Made by a program: the position numbers and the translations under genes
Shown here: piece by piece, positions 1 to 9,608 of the stretch
Layout: every line of letters begins with the position of its first letter
Numbering within the stretch: the stretch's first letter is position 1
Origin: Oscillospiraceae bacterium
GTDB taxonomy: Bacteria > Bacillota > Clostridia > Oscillospirales > Oscillospiraceae
Direction: 5' to 3'
DNA length: 28,077 nt
Assembly (NCBI GenBank): GCA_009785655.1
Contig: WQVW01000001.1
Coordinates: 1 to 28,077, forward strand
The notes under the pieces: generated by a model
What the model was told of the DNA's origin: nothing
What the model saw: only the letters and a program-made list of their open reading frames with translations
Databases searched by the model: none

Positions 1-645
1 GGTACAACGTTTCTGCCCGTCCGCGCCGTGGCAGAAGCACTAGGGCAAGAAGTAGATTGGGACGGCGCGACGAATACAGTGTATCTGACCGGCGCCGCAT
101 CGGCAGCGCAAACGTTGGTAGGTGAGTGGAGCTGGAATTGGACAGGTCCATATTATGCGTTTGAGGCCAATGGTCAAGGAACGGCGGCTGGTGCGCCCAT
201 GCGCTGGTCAACAAATGACGGGGTGCTGTCTATTTGTGTTACGCCGGACTTCTGTGGCGATGATTGTACTGAACCCGCAGAGTGGTACTATGAAATTGAG
301 GGAAATCAACTTACATTAACAAGCACTATTGCACCAAGTTGGGCGTTTACCTACACCCTAAGCGGCACCGCAACGGCAGGGCAAACTTTGGTGGGTGAGT
401 GGAATTGGATTGGCCCCTATTATGTGTTTGAAGCTGATGGTCGAGGCACCGTGGGTGGCGCACCCATACGTTGGTCAACAAGCAATGGGGTGTTGTCTAT
501 TTGTACCACTCCGGACTTTTGCGGCAATAACTGTACAGCTCCCGCAGAATGGTTCTATATAATTGAGGGAGATGAGCTTACACTAATCAGTACATGGATC
601 AGCGTTTATATAGATGAGATGTCATTTACCTATACCAGAGGATAA
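1..645 (+). CDS. 5'-truncated, probably secreted protein: end of a copper-amine-oxidase-N-terminal-like (stalk) domain followed by two tandem ~91-aa beta-rich repeats
   Basis: Frame 1 is open from base 1 (GTTFLPVRAVAEALGQEVDWDGATNTVYL), a typical stalk-domain ending. Repeats QTLVGEW...CVTPDFCGDDC...FTYT and QTLVGEW...CTTPDFCGNNC...FTYT start at nt 109 and 382. Confidence 0.8.
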   Translation, partial: GTTFLPVRAVAEALGQEVDWDGATNTVYLTGAASAAQTLVGEWSWNWTGPYYAFEANGQGTAAGAPMRWSTNDGVLSICVTPDFCGDDCTEPAEWYYEIEGNQLTLTSTIAPSWAFTYTLSGTATAGQTLVGEWNWIGPYYVFEADGRGTVGGAPIRWSTSNGVLSICTTPDFCGNNCTAPAEWFYIIEGDELTLISTWISVYIDEMSFTYTRG

Positions 646-671
646 ACAACACAATATCAAACAACATAAAC

Positions 672-711
672 AAACCCTCGCTGACGTGTTTGAGTGCGTC
701 TGCGAGGGTTT
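672..711. terminator. Probable bidirectional intrinsic terminator between convergent genes
   Basis: AAACCCTCGC (672-681) / GCGAGGGTTT (702-711) inverted repeat with an inner GACG/CGTC stem, between the stop at 645 and the ribF stop at 715. Confidence 0.7.
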
Positions 712-714
712 TGG

Positions 715-1626
715 TTATATTCCGGGTGTTGCAAAGTACGCTTCAGCCGCTTTGCAATCTCGCTGTATCTGCGCTTTCAACGCATCCATGCTGTTGAACT
801 TTATTTCCGGGCGCAGCCGGGTGTAGAACTCAATCCGCACTTGTCGTCCGTACAGGTTTCCGCGGAAATTCAGTATATGCGTTTCTGCTGTTATCCTGCC
901 CTCCGCAGAGTTGTCGATCGTCGGGCGGATGCCGATATTCGTTACGCCGGTGTAAATCCCGCCATCGTCCAGGTACACTTTGGTCGCATAAACACCAAAC
1001 GCCGGGACGATGACCGAATCATCAAACGTCATGTTGATCGTTGGTGTGCCAAGCGTTCGACCCAAGCGGTATCCGTAGCGGACAATATCCGTCAACACAT
1101 GCGGATGACCGAGAAATGTGTTTGCCCGTTCGATGTCCCCGGCGGCAATCAATTCCCTGATATACGTTGAACTGCTGGTCACCCCGTCATGCTTTACCGC
1201 CGGAATAATGTCACAGCCGATGTCCAGCTCCGCACATTTTTGGATCAGCAGATCGCTGGTGCCTTCTCCACCTTTGCCGAACCTGAAATCATGCCCCGCC
1301 ACCAGGTGACGCGCGCCGAATTCCTCCACCAGATGCCCGATAAACACATCCCACGACATGTCGGACGTCGCCTTATCGAAGTGCAGGAAAATGATATCGT
1401 CTATCCCGAAAAGCCGGTTGATAATCCCCGCGCGGTCACCGGGGGAGTTGATCAACGGCACAGAGGCATTTTTCACCAGGCTGAGCGGATGCGTGTCAAA
1501 CGTGATAACGGAAGGCAGCAGATTCTGCGCCTCCCCGATTTCCACGGCCTTGTTCAACAGCTTTGCGTGGCCGATATGTATCCCATCAAAAAAACCCAGC
1601 GCAATCACGCGCCTTTTGTCTGTCAT
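715..1626 (-). CDS. ribF: Bifunctional riboflavin kinase/FAD synthetase
   Basis: IALGFFDGIHIGH, VAGHDFRFG, GRTLGTPTIN, GVTNIGIRPT and ETHILNF motifs; lies downstream of truB as usual. Confidence 0.97.
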   Translation of the reverse strand: MTDKRRVIALGFFDGIHIGHAKLLNKAVEIGEAQNLLPSVITFDTHPLSLVKNASVPLINSPGDRAGIINRLFGIDDIIFLHFDKATSDMSWDVFIGHLVEEFGARHLVAGHDFRFGKGGEGTSDLLIQKCAELDIGCDIIPAVKHDGVTSSSTYIRELIAAGDIERANTFLGHPHVLTDIVRYGYRLGRTLGTPTINMTFDDSVIVPAFGVYATKVYLDDGGIYTGVTNIGIRPTIDNSAEGRITAETHILNFRGNLYGRQVRIEFYTRLRPEIKFNSMDALKAQIQRDCKAAEAYFATPGI

Positions 1627-1692
1627 GTGGCTGCTCCATATAAGTTGATTGTATATAGGGGCTGACGCCCGCTGCGTATCGTAGCGTACGCT

Positions 1693-1747
1693 GTAGGGAC
1701 GGTCACCCCCGACCGTCCGCGCGGACGACCGAGGCGATCATCCCTAC
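1693..1747. repeat. REP doublet (REPIN-like): two inverted GTAG-footed hairpins
   Basis: GTAG-GGACGGTC-ACCCCC-GACCGTCC (1693-1718), a 4-nt spacer, then the reverse complement of GTAG-GGATGATC-GCCTC-GGTCGTCC (1723-1747). A truncated ATAG-GGGC-TGAC-GCCC unit also lies at 1655-1670. Confidence 0.75.
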
Positions 1748-1756
1748 AAGCGTCCG

Positions 1757-2629
1757 TCAAAAAAACGACTTTATCACACGCAATGCACCACCTATGCCTT
1801 CACCCAATGCCAGGAACTCGCCGTCTGGGTTGTAGATTCTGTGCTTTCCGTCCGGTACGCCGTCAACCCGGCACGCCGCGCCATTTTTGATTCTTTGCGT
1901 GTCTTCAGGGTTCACGGCCAACGCCGGATATCCCGCGAAAATCGAGTCGGTCGGCAGGATTATATCCTGTGCCATGCCGTTGGACACGGATTCTATGATC
2001 TCATTCAGCGGCAATGCGGTGTCTATCGAAAATGCCCCGGCTTTCGTCCGGCGCAGTGACGCCATCGCCCCGCCCATGCCGAGTGTTTGCCCGATATCAT
2101 GCGCAAGTGTGCGTATATACGTGCCTTTTGAACACGCGACGCGGATTGTAAATTCACTGCCGCCGAAGTCTATTAACTCCAGCGCGGATATAAAAATATC
2201 CCGCGCCGGTCTTGGGATATCTATCCCTTGCCGCGCAAGCTTGTATAGTCTGACCCCATCGATTTTCACCGCCGAGTACATCGGCGGAATCTGCTGGCTT
2301 TCCCCTAAAAATCCCGAAAGCACAGCCTTTATTTCCGCTGCGGAAAGGGAAGAGGAGACTTCGCGGCTCTCCAAAACGTTGCCCTGTGTATCTTGCGTGT
2401 CGGTAACAATGCCGAGTTGTATTCCGGCTACATACTCTTTTTCCGCATTTTCACAGAATTCGGCGGCCCTGGTCGCGCGACCGATGAAGATTGGCAAAAC
2501 GCCGGTTGCCGTCGGATCTAACGTCCCGCCGTGGCCGATGCGTTTTGTCCTGAAAACGCCGCGCAGCTTCGCCACAACATCGTGAGACGTCCAATCAGTG
2601 GGCTTGTCCACTATCACGATTCCGTTCAT
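1757..2629 (-). CDS. truB: tRNA pseudouridine(55) synthase
   Basis: GIVIVDKP, TSHDVV, IGHGGTLDPTATGVL, QIPPMYSAVK and CSKGTYIRTL motifs. Confidence 0.98.
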   Translation of the reverse strand: MNGIVIVDKPTDWTSHDVVAKLRGVFRTKRIGHGGTLDPTATGVLPIFIGRATRAAEFCENAEKEYVAGIQLGIVTDTQDTQGNVLESREVSSSLSAAEIKAVLSGFLGESQQIPPMYSAVKIDGVRLYKLARQGIDIPRPARDIFISALELIDFGGSEFTIRVACSKGTYIRTLAHDIGQTLGMGGAMASLRRTKAGAFSIDTALPLNEIIESVSNGMAQDIILPTDSIFAGYPALAVNPEDTQRIKNGAACRVDGVPDGKHRIYNPDGEFLALGEGIGGALRVIKSFF

Positions 2630-3604
2630 TTAGTCCCTCGGCAAAAAATCGCCCAAGACAGCAATTAACTCTTGCTTGATCTCTTCAACTGATTTTCTTC
2701 TCGCAAATCCCGCAGCCATAGGATGTCCGCCGCCGCCGAATCTTTGGCAGATATTGTGCGCGCTGACGCCTGGGGTGGTGCGGATAGACACCTTGCAGTC
2801 AGCGGTTGATGTCAATTCCCGTATAGTGATCCCGACGAGCACACCCTCAATAGAACCGGGGATTGCCGCAATGCCGTCTATATCGTCTTCAACAGCACCT
2901 GTGGACTCAATCATGTCTCTGGTAATGGCCGCGATTGCCACAGTATCGTTAAAGTAAAACTCAAGCGCGTTGTTTACTATGCTTTCTATCTTCACGCGTC
3001 CGCGTGTTCTTGCGCGAAAAAGAATTCTGTTAAGCTCCGTATGCGGTGCGCCTGCTTCAATCAGCTCGGCAGCGGCTTTCAGTGAGGCCGCCGTCGTGTT
3101 GGCAAACGAAAAGCAGCCGGTGTCAGTCGAGATGGCGATGTACAGTTGCCCTGCGCTGGTTTTGTCCACTCCGCAGGGGAGTTGTTTTAATATGTTATAA
3201 ACAACCTCCGCACAGGCGGCTGTGCTGTCATCAAGACAGGTATATTCTGCGTACAGCGTGTTCGATTGATGATGATCTATAGACAGCGAGATTTTGTCCA
3301 AATATTTTTTAGCGTCTTCATAGAACAGATGTTGTGATGCGGTGTCCACAGTGATCGTATACTCCGGCACGTATTCACCTGGTGCCCAGTAATCTTTGAT
3401 AAACGGCATATATTTCTCCGTCACCTCTGGGTTATAGAGAACATATGCCGTTTTTCCAATTTTATTCAAACCACAACAAAGCGCGCCGGCGCAACCGATG
3501 GTATCTCCGTCCGGGCGGCGGTGGGTGATTATCAAGAATTTGTCACGGGATTTCAGCCATTCTGCAGTGTCACCGATGGTCATCATCGTCGTTGTCTTCG
3601 CCAT
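2630..3604 (-). CDS. nrnA: DHH/DHHA1 family phosphoesterase (oligoribonuclease/PAP phosphatase NrnA-like)
   Basis: THRRPDGDTIG, IDHH, DTGCF and GGGGHPMAAG motifs; the usual position between rbfA and truB in Clostridia; GGAG RBS before the ATG. Confidence 0.9.
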   Translation of the reverse strand: MAKTTTMMTIGDTAEWLKSRDKFLIITHRRPDGDTIGCAGALCCGLNKIGKTAYVLYNPEVTEKYMPFIKDYWAPGEYVPEYTITVDTASQHLFYEDAKKYLDKISLSIDHHQSNTLYAEYTCLDDSTAACAEVVYNILKQLPCGVDKTSAGQLYIAISTDTGCFSFANTTAASLKAAAELIEAGAPHTELNRILFRARTRGRVKIESIVNNALEFYFNDTVAIAAITRDMIESTGAVEDDIDGIAAIPGSIEGVLVGITIRELTSTADCKVSIRTTPGVSAHNICQRFGGGGHPMAAGFARRKSVEEIKQELIAVLGDFLPRD

Positions 3605-3956
3605 CGTTCTCCTCCGGTATGTCTAGATTTTCCAATATCGTGTTAATGCGTGCCCCGCGCTCCATAGACTTGTCGAGTTCAAATTGAAGCTCTGGCGTAT
3701 AGCGCAGATTCAGCGTTTGCCCAAGCTCACGCCGCAAATATCCGGCTGCGGATTTCAACCCTTTTAAAAACTCTTTTTCAGATTGCATGTCGAAAACGCT
3801 GACATATACTTTGGCTGTGCGCAAATCTCCCGTTGTGTCAACAGAAGTAATGCTGATCATGCCCTGCTTGACACGCGGGTCTTTTATATTCCGTAGCAGC
3901 GTTGACAGAACGCGCTGAATGTCTTCGTTTATCCGTTCAATCTTGTTATTCGGCAT
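3570..3956 (-). CDS. rbfA: 30S ribosome-binding factor A
   Basis: RINEDIQRVLS, SITSVDTTGDLRTAKVYVS and GYLRRELGQTLNLRYTPELQFELDKSMERG. Confidence 0.97.
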   Translation of the reverse strand: MPNNKIERINEDIQRVLSTLLRNIKDPRVKQGMISITSVDTTGDLRTAKVYVSVFDMQSEKEFLKGLKSAAGYLRRELGQTLNLRYTPELQFELDKSMERGARINTILENLDIPEENDGEDNDDDDHR

Positions 3957-3966
3957 GGTGTGTCTC

Positions 3967-6318
3967 CTAAACCGGGATTTGTTCCATGGCGAAACATTCT
4001 ATAATGTCGCCTTCTTTGATGTCGTTGTATTTTTCAAACGCGATGCCGCATTCGTAATTCGTCGCGACTTCTTTTACATCGTCTTTGAATCTTCTCAACG
4101 ATGCCAGCTCACCCTCATGAACGACAATGCCGTCGCGCACTAACCGGGCAGAGCTGTTTCGCAAAATCTTGCCGTCCAAGACATAGCAGCCGCAGATCGT
4201 ACCGACTGCCGATGCTTTGAATAATTGACGCACTTCTGCGTGACCGTACACCACTTCGCGGAACTTCGGTGCCAACATGCCCTTCATCGCGGCCTCGATT
4301 TCGTTTATGCACTCATAGATGACGCGGTACATGCGCATGTCGACATTGCTGCGCTGGGCAGAGTCACGGGCATTCATCTCCGGTCTGACGTTGAAGCCGA
4401 CGATAATCGCGCCGCTGGTAGAAGCCAGCATCACATCCGACTCGCTGATTGCACCAACGCCGGAGTGGATGACGCGTACGCGTACTTCCTCGTTTGTTAA
4501 TTTTTCCAGAGACGCTTTAATCGCCTCAGCACTGCCTTGAACATCGGCCTTGACGATGATGTTCAGGTCTTTAAGTTCACCCTCTTGGATTCGCGCGAAC
4601 AGGTCTTCAAGCGACACTTTGACGGATGTGGATTGAGATGCCTTTTTTTCTGACTTACGCTGCGCTGTCAATTCCCTGGCCATGCGTTCATCGGTGACGA
4701 CGTTGAAAGTATCTCCCGCGTTTGGAACCTCTGACATGCCGGCGATTTCGACAGGGACTGACGGGCCTGCTGAGTTGATGCGCTCACCCTTTTCAGTCAT
4801 CATCACCCGGACGTGGCCGACCGCTGTGCCGGCGATGATCGTGTCGCCTGTATTCAGCGTACCGTTTTGAACCAGCACCGTCATCAACGGGCCGCGGCCT
4901 TTATCAAGCCGGGCTTCTATCACCGTACCTTTTGCTTTGCGGTTCGGATTCGCGCGCAATTCCGCCATTTCGGCGGTTAAGATGATCATTTCAAGCAGGT
5001 TTTCAATGCCCTCGCCTGTTTTCGCTGATATCGGACAGACGATGGTTTCCCCGCCCCATTCTTCGGAGACAAGGCCATGCTCTGTCAATTGCTGCTTTAT
5101 CTTTTCCGGATTCGCACCCGATACATCCATTTTGTTAATCGCAACGATGATCGGAATATTCGCCGCTTTCGCGTGATTGATCGACTCTATCGTCTGCGGC
5201 ATGATACCGTCATCTGCCGCAACGATCAGTATCGCGATATCTGTTACCAGCGCACCGCGCGCTCTCATCGCTGTGAACGCCTCATGCCCGGGTGTGTCCA
5301 GGAATGTGATCGGATTGCCTTTCACGTGCACCTGATAAGCACCGATATGCTGCGTGATGCCTCCGGCCTCGCCTGTTGCCACGCTCTCCTGACGTATTCT
5401 ATCCAACAGCGATGTTTTACCGTGGTCAACGTGACCCATAACGACCACAACCGGTGCACGCGGGACAAGATCTTCCGCTTTATCTTCGCTGTCATCAATC
5501 AATCGTTCTTCAATGGTCACGACAATTTCACGCTCAACTTTGCAGCCAAGCTCAATAGCGACAAGTGCCGCCGTATCATGGTCGATGATATCGGAAAGTG
5601 AAGCCATCACGCCCATTTTCACAAGCTGGCGTACGACTTCCGCCCCTGTTTTCTTCATGCGGGAAGCAAGCTCACCAACGGAGATTTCATCCGGAATCTG
5701 GACTTTCAGCTGGGCTTTTTTCGCAACCTCAAGCTGCAGGCGGTTCATTCTGTCGCGTTCTTCCTGCCGGCGTTTCGCGCCGGAGGCAATTGACGGCCTT
5801 TGATTATGCGGTTTTTTTGTTATTTTTTGCTTGCCGCGCTTCATGTTTTCTGCGCGTTCCGGCACAAGCTTGTCAAGCCTTTCGTCGTACTTGTCGATAT
5901 TGATTGTCGCGCCGGATGTATCCACCAGCCGTTTCTCCGGTGCTTTCCGCGCGACGAAGGGTTTGTCGTCGGGCTTTTTCGCGGCGGGGGCAGGTGTCTC
6001 CTCGCTTTTTGGCGCCGCTTTGGGGTCAATCGTCGCGCCTGCTACCGCTGCCGGGGCCTCTTCTTTCGGTGCATCTTGCTTTGCCGCTGTTGGCGCAGTC
6101 TGCGGCGGCGCGGATACGGCGTATATCTCTTCTATACTCTCAATCTGATTATTTATCGTCAGATACTCAAAGATAATATCAAGCTCCTCCACCGTTAGGA
6201 CCTGCATATGGTTCTTCGGTGCGGTTGCGTATTTTGTGAGAATTTCCGTTATCTGCTTGGTCGGAACCTTAAAATCTTTCGCAACCTCATGAACCCTATA
6301 TTTGAACATTGTACTCAT
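3967..6318 (-). CDS. infB: Translation initiation factor IF-2 (783 aa from the likely start [14 protein letters not shown])
   Basis: [20 protein letters not shown] and KADVQGS motifs. An AGGAGG RBS precedes the ATG at 6318, so the ORF-track start at 6399 is too far upstream. Confidence 0.98.
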   Translation of the reverse strand: MSTMFKYRVHEVAKDFKVPTKQITEILTKYATAPKNHMQVLTVEELDIIFEYLTINNQIESIEEIYAVSAPPQTAPTAAKQDAPKEEAPAAVAGATIDPKAAPKSEETPAPAAKKPDDKPFVARKAPEKRLVDTSGATINIDKYDERLDKLVPERAENMKRGKQKITKKPHNQRPSIASGAKRRQEERDRMNRLQLEVAKKAQLKVQIPDEISVGELASRMKKTGAEVVRQLVKMGVMASLSDIIDHDTAALVAIELGCKVEREIVVTIEERLIDDSEDKAEDLVPRAPVVVVMGHVDHGKTSLLDRIRQESVATGEAGGITQHIGAYQVHVKGNPITFLDTPGHEAFTAMRARGALVTDIAILIVAADDGIMPQTIESINHAKAANIPIIVAINKMDVSGANPEKIKQQLTEHGLVSEEWGGETIVCPISAKTGEGIENLLEMIILTAEMAELRANPNRKAKGTVIEARLDKGRGPLMTVLVQNGTLNTGDTIIAGTAVGHVRVMMTEKGERINSAGPSVPVEIAGMSEVPNAGDTFNVVTDERMARELTAQRKSEKKASQSTSVKVSLEDLFARIQEGELKDLNIIVKADVQGSAEAIKASLEKLTNEEVRVRVIHSGVGAISESDVMLASTSGAIIVGFNVRPEMNARDSAQRSNVDMRMYRVIYECINEIEAAMKGMLAPKFREVVYGHAEVRQLFKASAVGTICGCYVLDGKILRNSSARLVRDGIVVHEGELASLRRFKDDVKEVATNYECGIAFEKYNDIKEGDIIECFAMEQIPV

Positions 6319-6398
6319 TGCGCAGTCCTCCTCTGGTATATTCGGTGAAGTGACGCACTGTTTGCGTCTGTAAAGTTCGGGCGAACACCATTCGCCCA

Positions 6399-6692
6399 CT
6401 ACATGTCTAATCCTGTTATAAATTTATGTGCCAGCCCCGCGTCTAAAATGGCGACGATTCCCGGAGATCCTCTGCCGGTGACTTGCCCCAGCTCAAACTT
6501 CGTATACGGTACGGCGATATGATCGCATTCGGCATCTTCGGCATATATGCGCGCCTGGCGGATTGATCGCTCTGACGCGTCAGAAGCTGAGATGATCGCT
6601 GCGGCTTTCCCGGTTCGTGCGGCTTGGGCTACTGATTCACTTCCGACGGCCAGCAACCCTGCTTTTTTCGCCAATCCAAGAATCCTAATCAT
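6399..6692 (-). CDS. ylxQ: L7Ae/L30e-family RNA-binding protein (YlxQ-like)
   Basis: [29 protein letters not shown] and VAILDAGLA; conserved position between ylxR and infB. Confidence 0.9.
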   Translation of the reverse strand: MIRILGLAKKAGLLAVGSESVAQAARTGKAAAIISASDASERSIRQARIYAEDAECDHIAVPYTKFELGQVTGRGSPGIVAILDAGLAHKFITGLDM

Positions 6693-6969
6693 TCGGCAGA
6701 CCCTCTATTTGACTGTTCAACTCGTCAACAACCGCTTGCGGAATTTCTGTGCCGAACGCCCGCCCGAGTGCGCGGGACTTCACTGCGCGCTTCAAGCACT
6801 CAGCATCCTGACAGAGGTACGCACCTCTTCCCGGCTTTTTGCCGACAAAATCAAGGGAAACGTCCCCCTCCGGAGATCGTACAGCACGTATGAGTACTCG
6901 CTTAGGCTTCATTTCACGGCAACCGAGGCATTGCCGCATGGGCTGGTGCTTTTGTGGTTTTGTTGACAT
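6685..6969 (-). CDS. ylxR: YlxR/DUF448 RNA-binding protein (RNase P modulator RnpM family)
   Basis: PMRQCLGCREMKPK...LIRAV...KKPGRGAYLC...CL; AGGAG RBS before the ATG at 6969. Confidence 0.93.
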   Translation of the reverse strand: MSTKPQKHQPMRQCLGCREMKPKRVLIRAVRSPEGDVSLDFVGKKPGRGAYLCQDAECLKRAVKSRALGRAFGTEIPQAVVDELNSQIEGLPND

Positions 6970-7033
6970 TGCAGACTCCTGTAAAGGTCTTGCGGGCATT
7001 TATATTTTCGCGGTACGCAGAGGACTGTGTGCC

Positions 7034-8095
7034 CTACTCGGTCTCTGCCGCGCTTTCCGGCTTGATATCTATTTTGAACCCGGTTAGCCGAGCCGCTAGA
7101 CGGACGTTTTGCCCCTCCCGGCCGATTGCCAGTGATAGCTGACTGTCCGGCACAACCACGCGGCAGGACTTTCCGTCCTCCATCATGGTCACTGAAATAA
7201 CGTCAGACGGTGCCAGTGCTGAGGCCACGTATTCTGTGGGATCTTCGCTGTACTTGACGATATCTATCTTTTCGCCGCCCAGCTCATTTACAATGGCGTT
7301 CACTCTGCCGCCTTTTGGTCCTACACAGGCACCGATCGGTTCCACCTCTGGGTCATTTGATGAGACAGCGATTTTTGTACGGTTACCCGCCTCACGCGCT
7401 ATGGAATGAATCTCTACCGTGCCGTCATGTATCTCCGGCACCTCAAGCTCGAACAATCTTTTGACTAATCCGGGATGTGTGCGCGAGATAAGTATCTGCG
7501 GGCCTCTGGTCGATTTTCTGACCTCGATTACATAAACCTTTATCCGGTCGCCCTCACGCAATGCTTCGTGTTGAACACGCTCTTCCGGCAACAGCATCGC
7601 CTCTGTCGTTTCAGCGTTTGAGCCGATTTGGATAGAAACGCCGCCTGTACGAGGTTCAATACGTGTAACAACGCCTGTTAGAATTTCATGCTCTTTTGAT
7701 GTAAACTCATCGTATATGATGTTGCGCTCTGCCTCACGGATGCCTTGTATGATTACTTGCTTGGCAGCCTGGGCTGCGATTCTGCCGAATTTTTGCGTCT
7801 CAACTTGTTCGTTAATAAAATCACCGGGCTGCGCGTTTTTCGATATTTTTCGCGCTTCTTCCACAGAATACTGTGTTTCCGGGTCTTCAACTTCTTCGAC
7901 TACCATTTTTTGTATAAACATTTCCACAGTTTTTTCCACAGGATTCAGCACGACCCTCGCGCAATCGGCCGCGGCGGGATAGTCTTTTTTCAGCGCGGCC
8001 AAAAGTGCCTGCTCTATTTTCTCAAGCATGTAGGTCTGCGGTATTCCTTTTTCTCTTTCGATATCCTGTATAGCCAGGAAAAATTCAGCATTCAT
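7034..8095 (-). CDS. nusA: Transcription termination/antitermination factor NusA
   Basis: FGRIAAQAAKQV, ISRTHPGLVKRLFELEVPEI, AREAGNRTKIAV, GACVGPKGGRV and SLAIGREGQNVRLAARLTG. Confidence 0.98.
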   Translation of the reverse strand: MNAEFFLAIQDIEREKGIPQTYMLEKIEQALLAALKKDYPAAADCARVVLNPVEKTVEMFIQKMVVEEVEDPETQYSVEEARKISKNAQPGDFINEQVETQKFGRIAAQAAKQVIIQGIREAERNIIYDEFTSKEHEILTGVVTRIEPRTGGVSIQIGSNAETTEAMLLPEERVQHEALREGDRIKVYVIEVRKSTRGPQILISRTHPGLVKRLFELEVPEIHDGTVEIHSIAREAGNRTKIAVSSNDPEVEPIGACVGPKGGRVNAIVNELGGEKIDIVKYSEDPTEYVASALAPSDVISVTMMEDGKSCRVVVPDSQLSLAIGREGQNVRLAARLTGFKIDIKPESAAETE

Positions 8096-8122
8096 TGCCG
8101 TGCTCCTTCATACTTATACATC

Positions 8123-8581
8123 TTATGATATACGCAGCCTGACCTGCGCGACTTCCGTTTTTTCAAAACTGTGCTTTTGCCCCGATATATCTAGCTCAAC
8201 CGTGCCGTCATCATTATAAGCAGATAGATTCCCTGTAAACACTTTCTGTCCATCTTTTGGCTTATACAGCTTAACTTCCACAAGGTGTCCAATAAATCTT
8301 TGGAAATCTGACGGACGGTGCAACCGTCTTTCCGCACCGGCACTCGATACCTCAAACGTATAGCCCTGCGGAAACAGATCCTCGTACTCGTCCAACAGCG
8401 GGTCTAGCTCACGGCTCACGGCCTCGCAATCGGCGATTGAAACGCCTTTCTCCGAGTCGATATAGACTCTTAGAAACCAGCTTCCGGCCTCTTTTATATA
8501 TTCAATATCCCATATTTCCAGGCCGTGTTTGCGGGCGATGGGCTCTGCCAGCGCCATCACGGCATTTGCAATTTTGCTCAT
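8123..8581 (-). CDS. rimP: Ribosome maturation factor RimP
   Basis: LRVYID, SIADCEAVSRELDPLLD, YTFEVSSAGAERRL and GHLVEVKLY. Confidence 0.96.
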   Translation of the reverse strand: MSKIANAVMALAEPIARKHGLEIWDIEYIKEAGSWFLRVYIDSEKGVSIADCEAVSRELDPLLDEYEDLFPQGYTFEVSSAGAERRLHRPSDFQRFIGHLVEVKLYKPKDGQKVFTGNLSAYNDDGTVELDISGQKHSFEKTEVAQVRLRIS

Positions 8582-8665
8582 AATATCCTCATGCCCGTTT
8601 CGCGCTTGTAATCAGGGAGAAATCACGAAACAATATAAAAATTTTACTTTTGCGAATAAAGCAAG

Positions 8666-8690
8666 AAAAAAAGTGGGAGTTTCCCCACTC
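8666..8690 (-). terminator. Terminator-like hairpin plus U7 tract in the rimP operon leader (probable attenuator)
   Basis: Minus strand reads GAGTGGG-GAAACT-CCCAC-TTTTTTT, between the promoter and the rimP start. Confidence 0.65.
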
Positions 8691-8717
8691 GGTCAAGTCT
8701 TTCATCTGAACGCTGAC

Positions 8718-8746
8718 AGTATACCACGCCCGGCGCGGCATTGCAA
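8718..8746 (-). promoter_or_regulatory. Sigma-A-like promoter of the rimP-nusA-infB operon
   Basis: TTGCAA (8746-8741), 17-nt spacer, TATACT (8723-8718). Confidence 0.75.
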
Positions 8747-8775
8747 GCATTTTTCAACCAAAAATAAGAAAATGT

Positions 8776-8804
8776 TTGCCATAGCGGCGAAATGATGATA
8801 ATAT
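8776..8804 (+). promoter_or_regulatory. Possible sigma-A-like promoter of the lipoprotein gene
   Basis: TTGCCA, 17-nt spacer, TAATAT. Confidence 0.45.
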
Positions 8805-8866
8805 ATCATGCGCTTGAAAAACAAATTGTCAAAAAGTCAAGCGTAAACAAGAAATGGAGAAATGAA

Positions 8867-9529
8867 ATGAAAAAGAAAATTATTGCCCTGACCCTCGCTT
8901 TGATGATGCTGCTGCCGCTGTTAGCGGCTTGCACAGACAACGATTCCGGAACAGACACAGCACCTGAAACAAACCCAGCGATTGAAGAGACGACCCCGGC
9001 TGATGAAACAACGGATGAAAATGGTGCGGACGATGCTGATGCCGACACCGATACGGATGGTGACGATACAAATGCCGGTACCATCATGAATGCGGCCCTT
9101 TCTGGTACTTTTGTTTTGGAAGATGATCCTGCATTTTCGATTACATTCAGCGAAAATGCATTCTGGATTCCGATGCCCTATTATTACATGGGCTTGCTGG
9201 ATTTAGACGGCAGCTTTTACTTCAGTGGTACTTTCGACATAAACGAAAGCAACCGTACAATTAGCCTTTCCTTCGATGAAGCAGTCATTTTAGAAAACAT
9301 AGTGGAGCTGGTATGGGTTCTGCTTGAAACGGATCCGGATATGCAAGAATTTTTTGAGGATCCAGAAATGGAAGAGCTACTCGACATAATCGTTGATGCG
9401 TCAATTGAAGCGATGGTGCCTTTCATAATGGACGAAATTTTAGAGGAACTGTCCGAACTGGTATTGACTTTTGAAGACGGCTTTGACAGACTATACACAG
9501 ATTATGGAGATGCGTTTGTTCGCCAATAG
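8867..9529 (+). CDS. Hypothetical, highly acidic lipoprotein
   Basis: GGAG RBS, signal peptide MKKKIIALTLALMMLLPLLAAC with an LAAC lipobox, an acidic low-complexity linker, then a globular domain. Confidence 0.85.
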   Translation: MKKKIIALTLALMMLLPLLAACTDNDSGTDTAPETNPAIEETTPADETTDENGADDADADTDTDGDDTNAGTIMNAALSGTFVLEDDPAFSITFSENAFWIPMPYYYMGLLDLDGSFYFSGTFDINESNRTISLSFDEAVILENIVELVWVLLETDPDMQEFFEDPEMEELLDIIVDASIEAMVPFIMDEILEELSELVLTFEDGFDRLYTDYGDAFVRQ

Positions 9530-9562
9530 TCGGCTGCGCGACTGAAAAAGATAAAAGACTTT

Positions 9563-9607
9563 AAAAAAGAGCGCCTGACCGGCATTTTGCCCGGCAGGCG
9601 TTTTTTT
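9563..9607. terminator. Bidirectional intrinsic terminator
   Basis: A-tract, CGCCTG-A-CCGG...CCGG-CAGGCG, then T7, between convergent genes. Confidence 0.8.
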
Positions 9608-9608
9608 G

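Noticed and set aside
1887-2585. 232-aa plus-strand ORF, and similar long shadow ORFs such as 694-1170, 5077-5601 and 19968-20477
   Set aside because: They are antisense or off-frame to well-supported genes, have no RBS or recognisable motif, and are expected from codon bias.
3570-3604. 35-nt overlap of rbfA and the DHH gene
   Set aside because: A short overlap of an acidic tail in a coupled operon is ordinary, and the DHH gene could also start at a downstream Met.
6319-6399. 27-aa N-terminal extension of IF-2 in the ORF track
   Set aside because: The AGGAGG RBS sits directly before the ATG at 6318, and the extension has no RBS and abuts the ylxQ stop.
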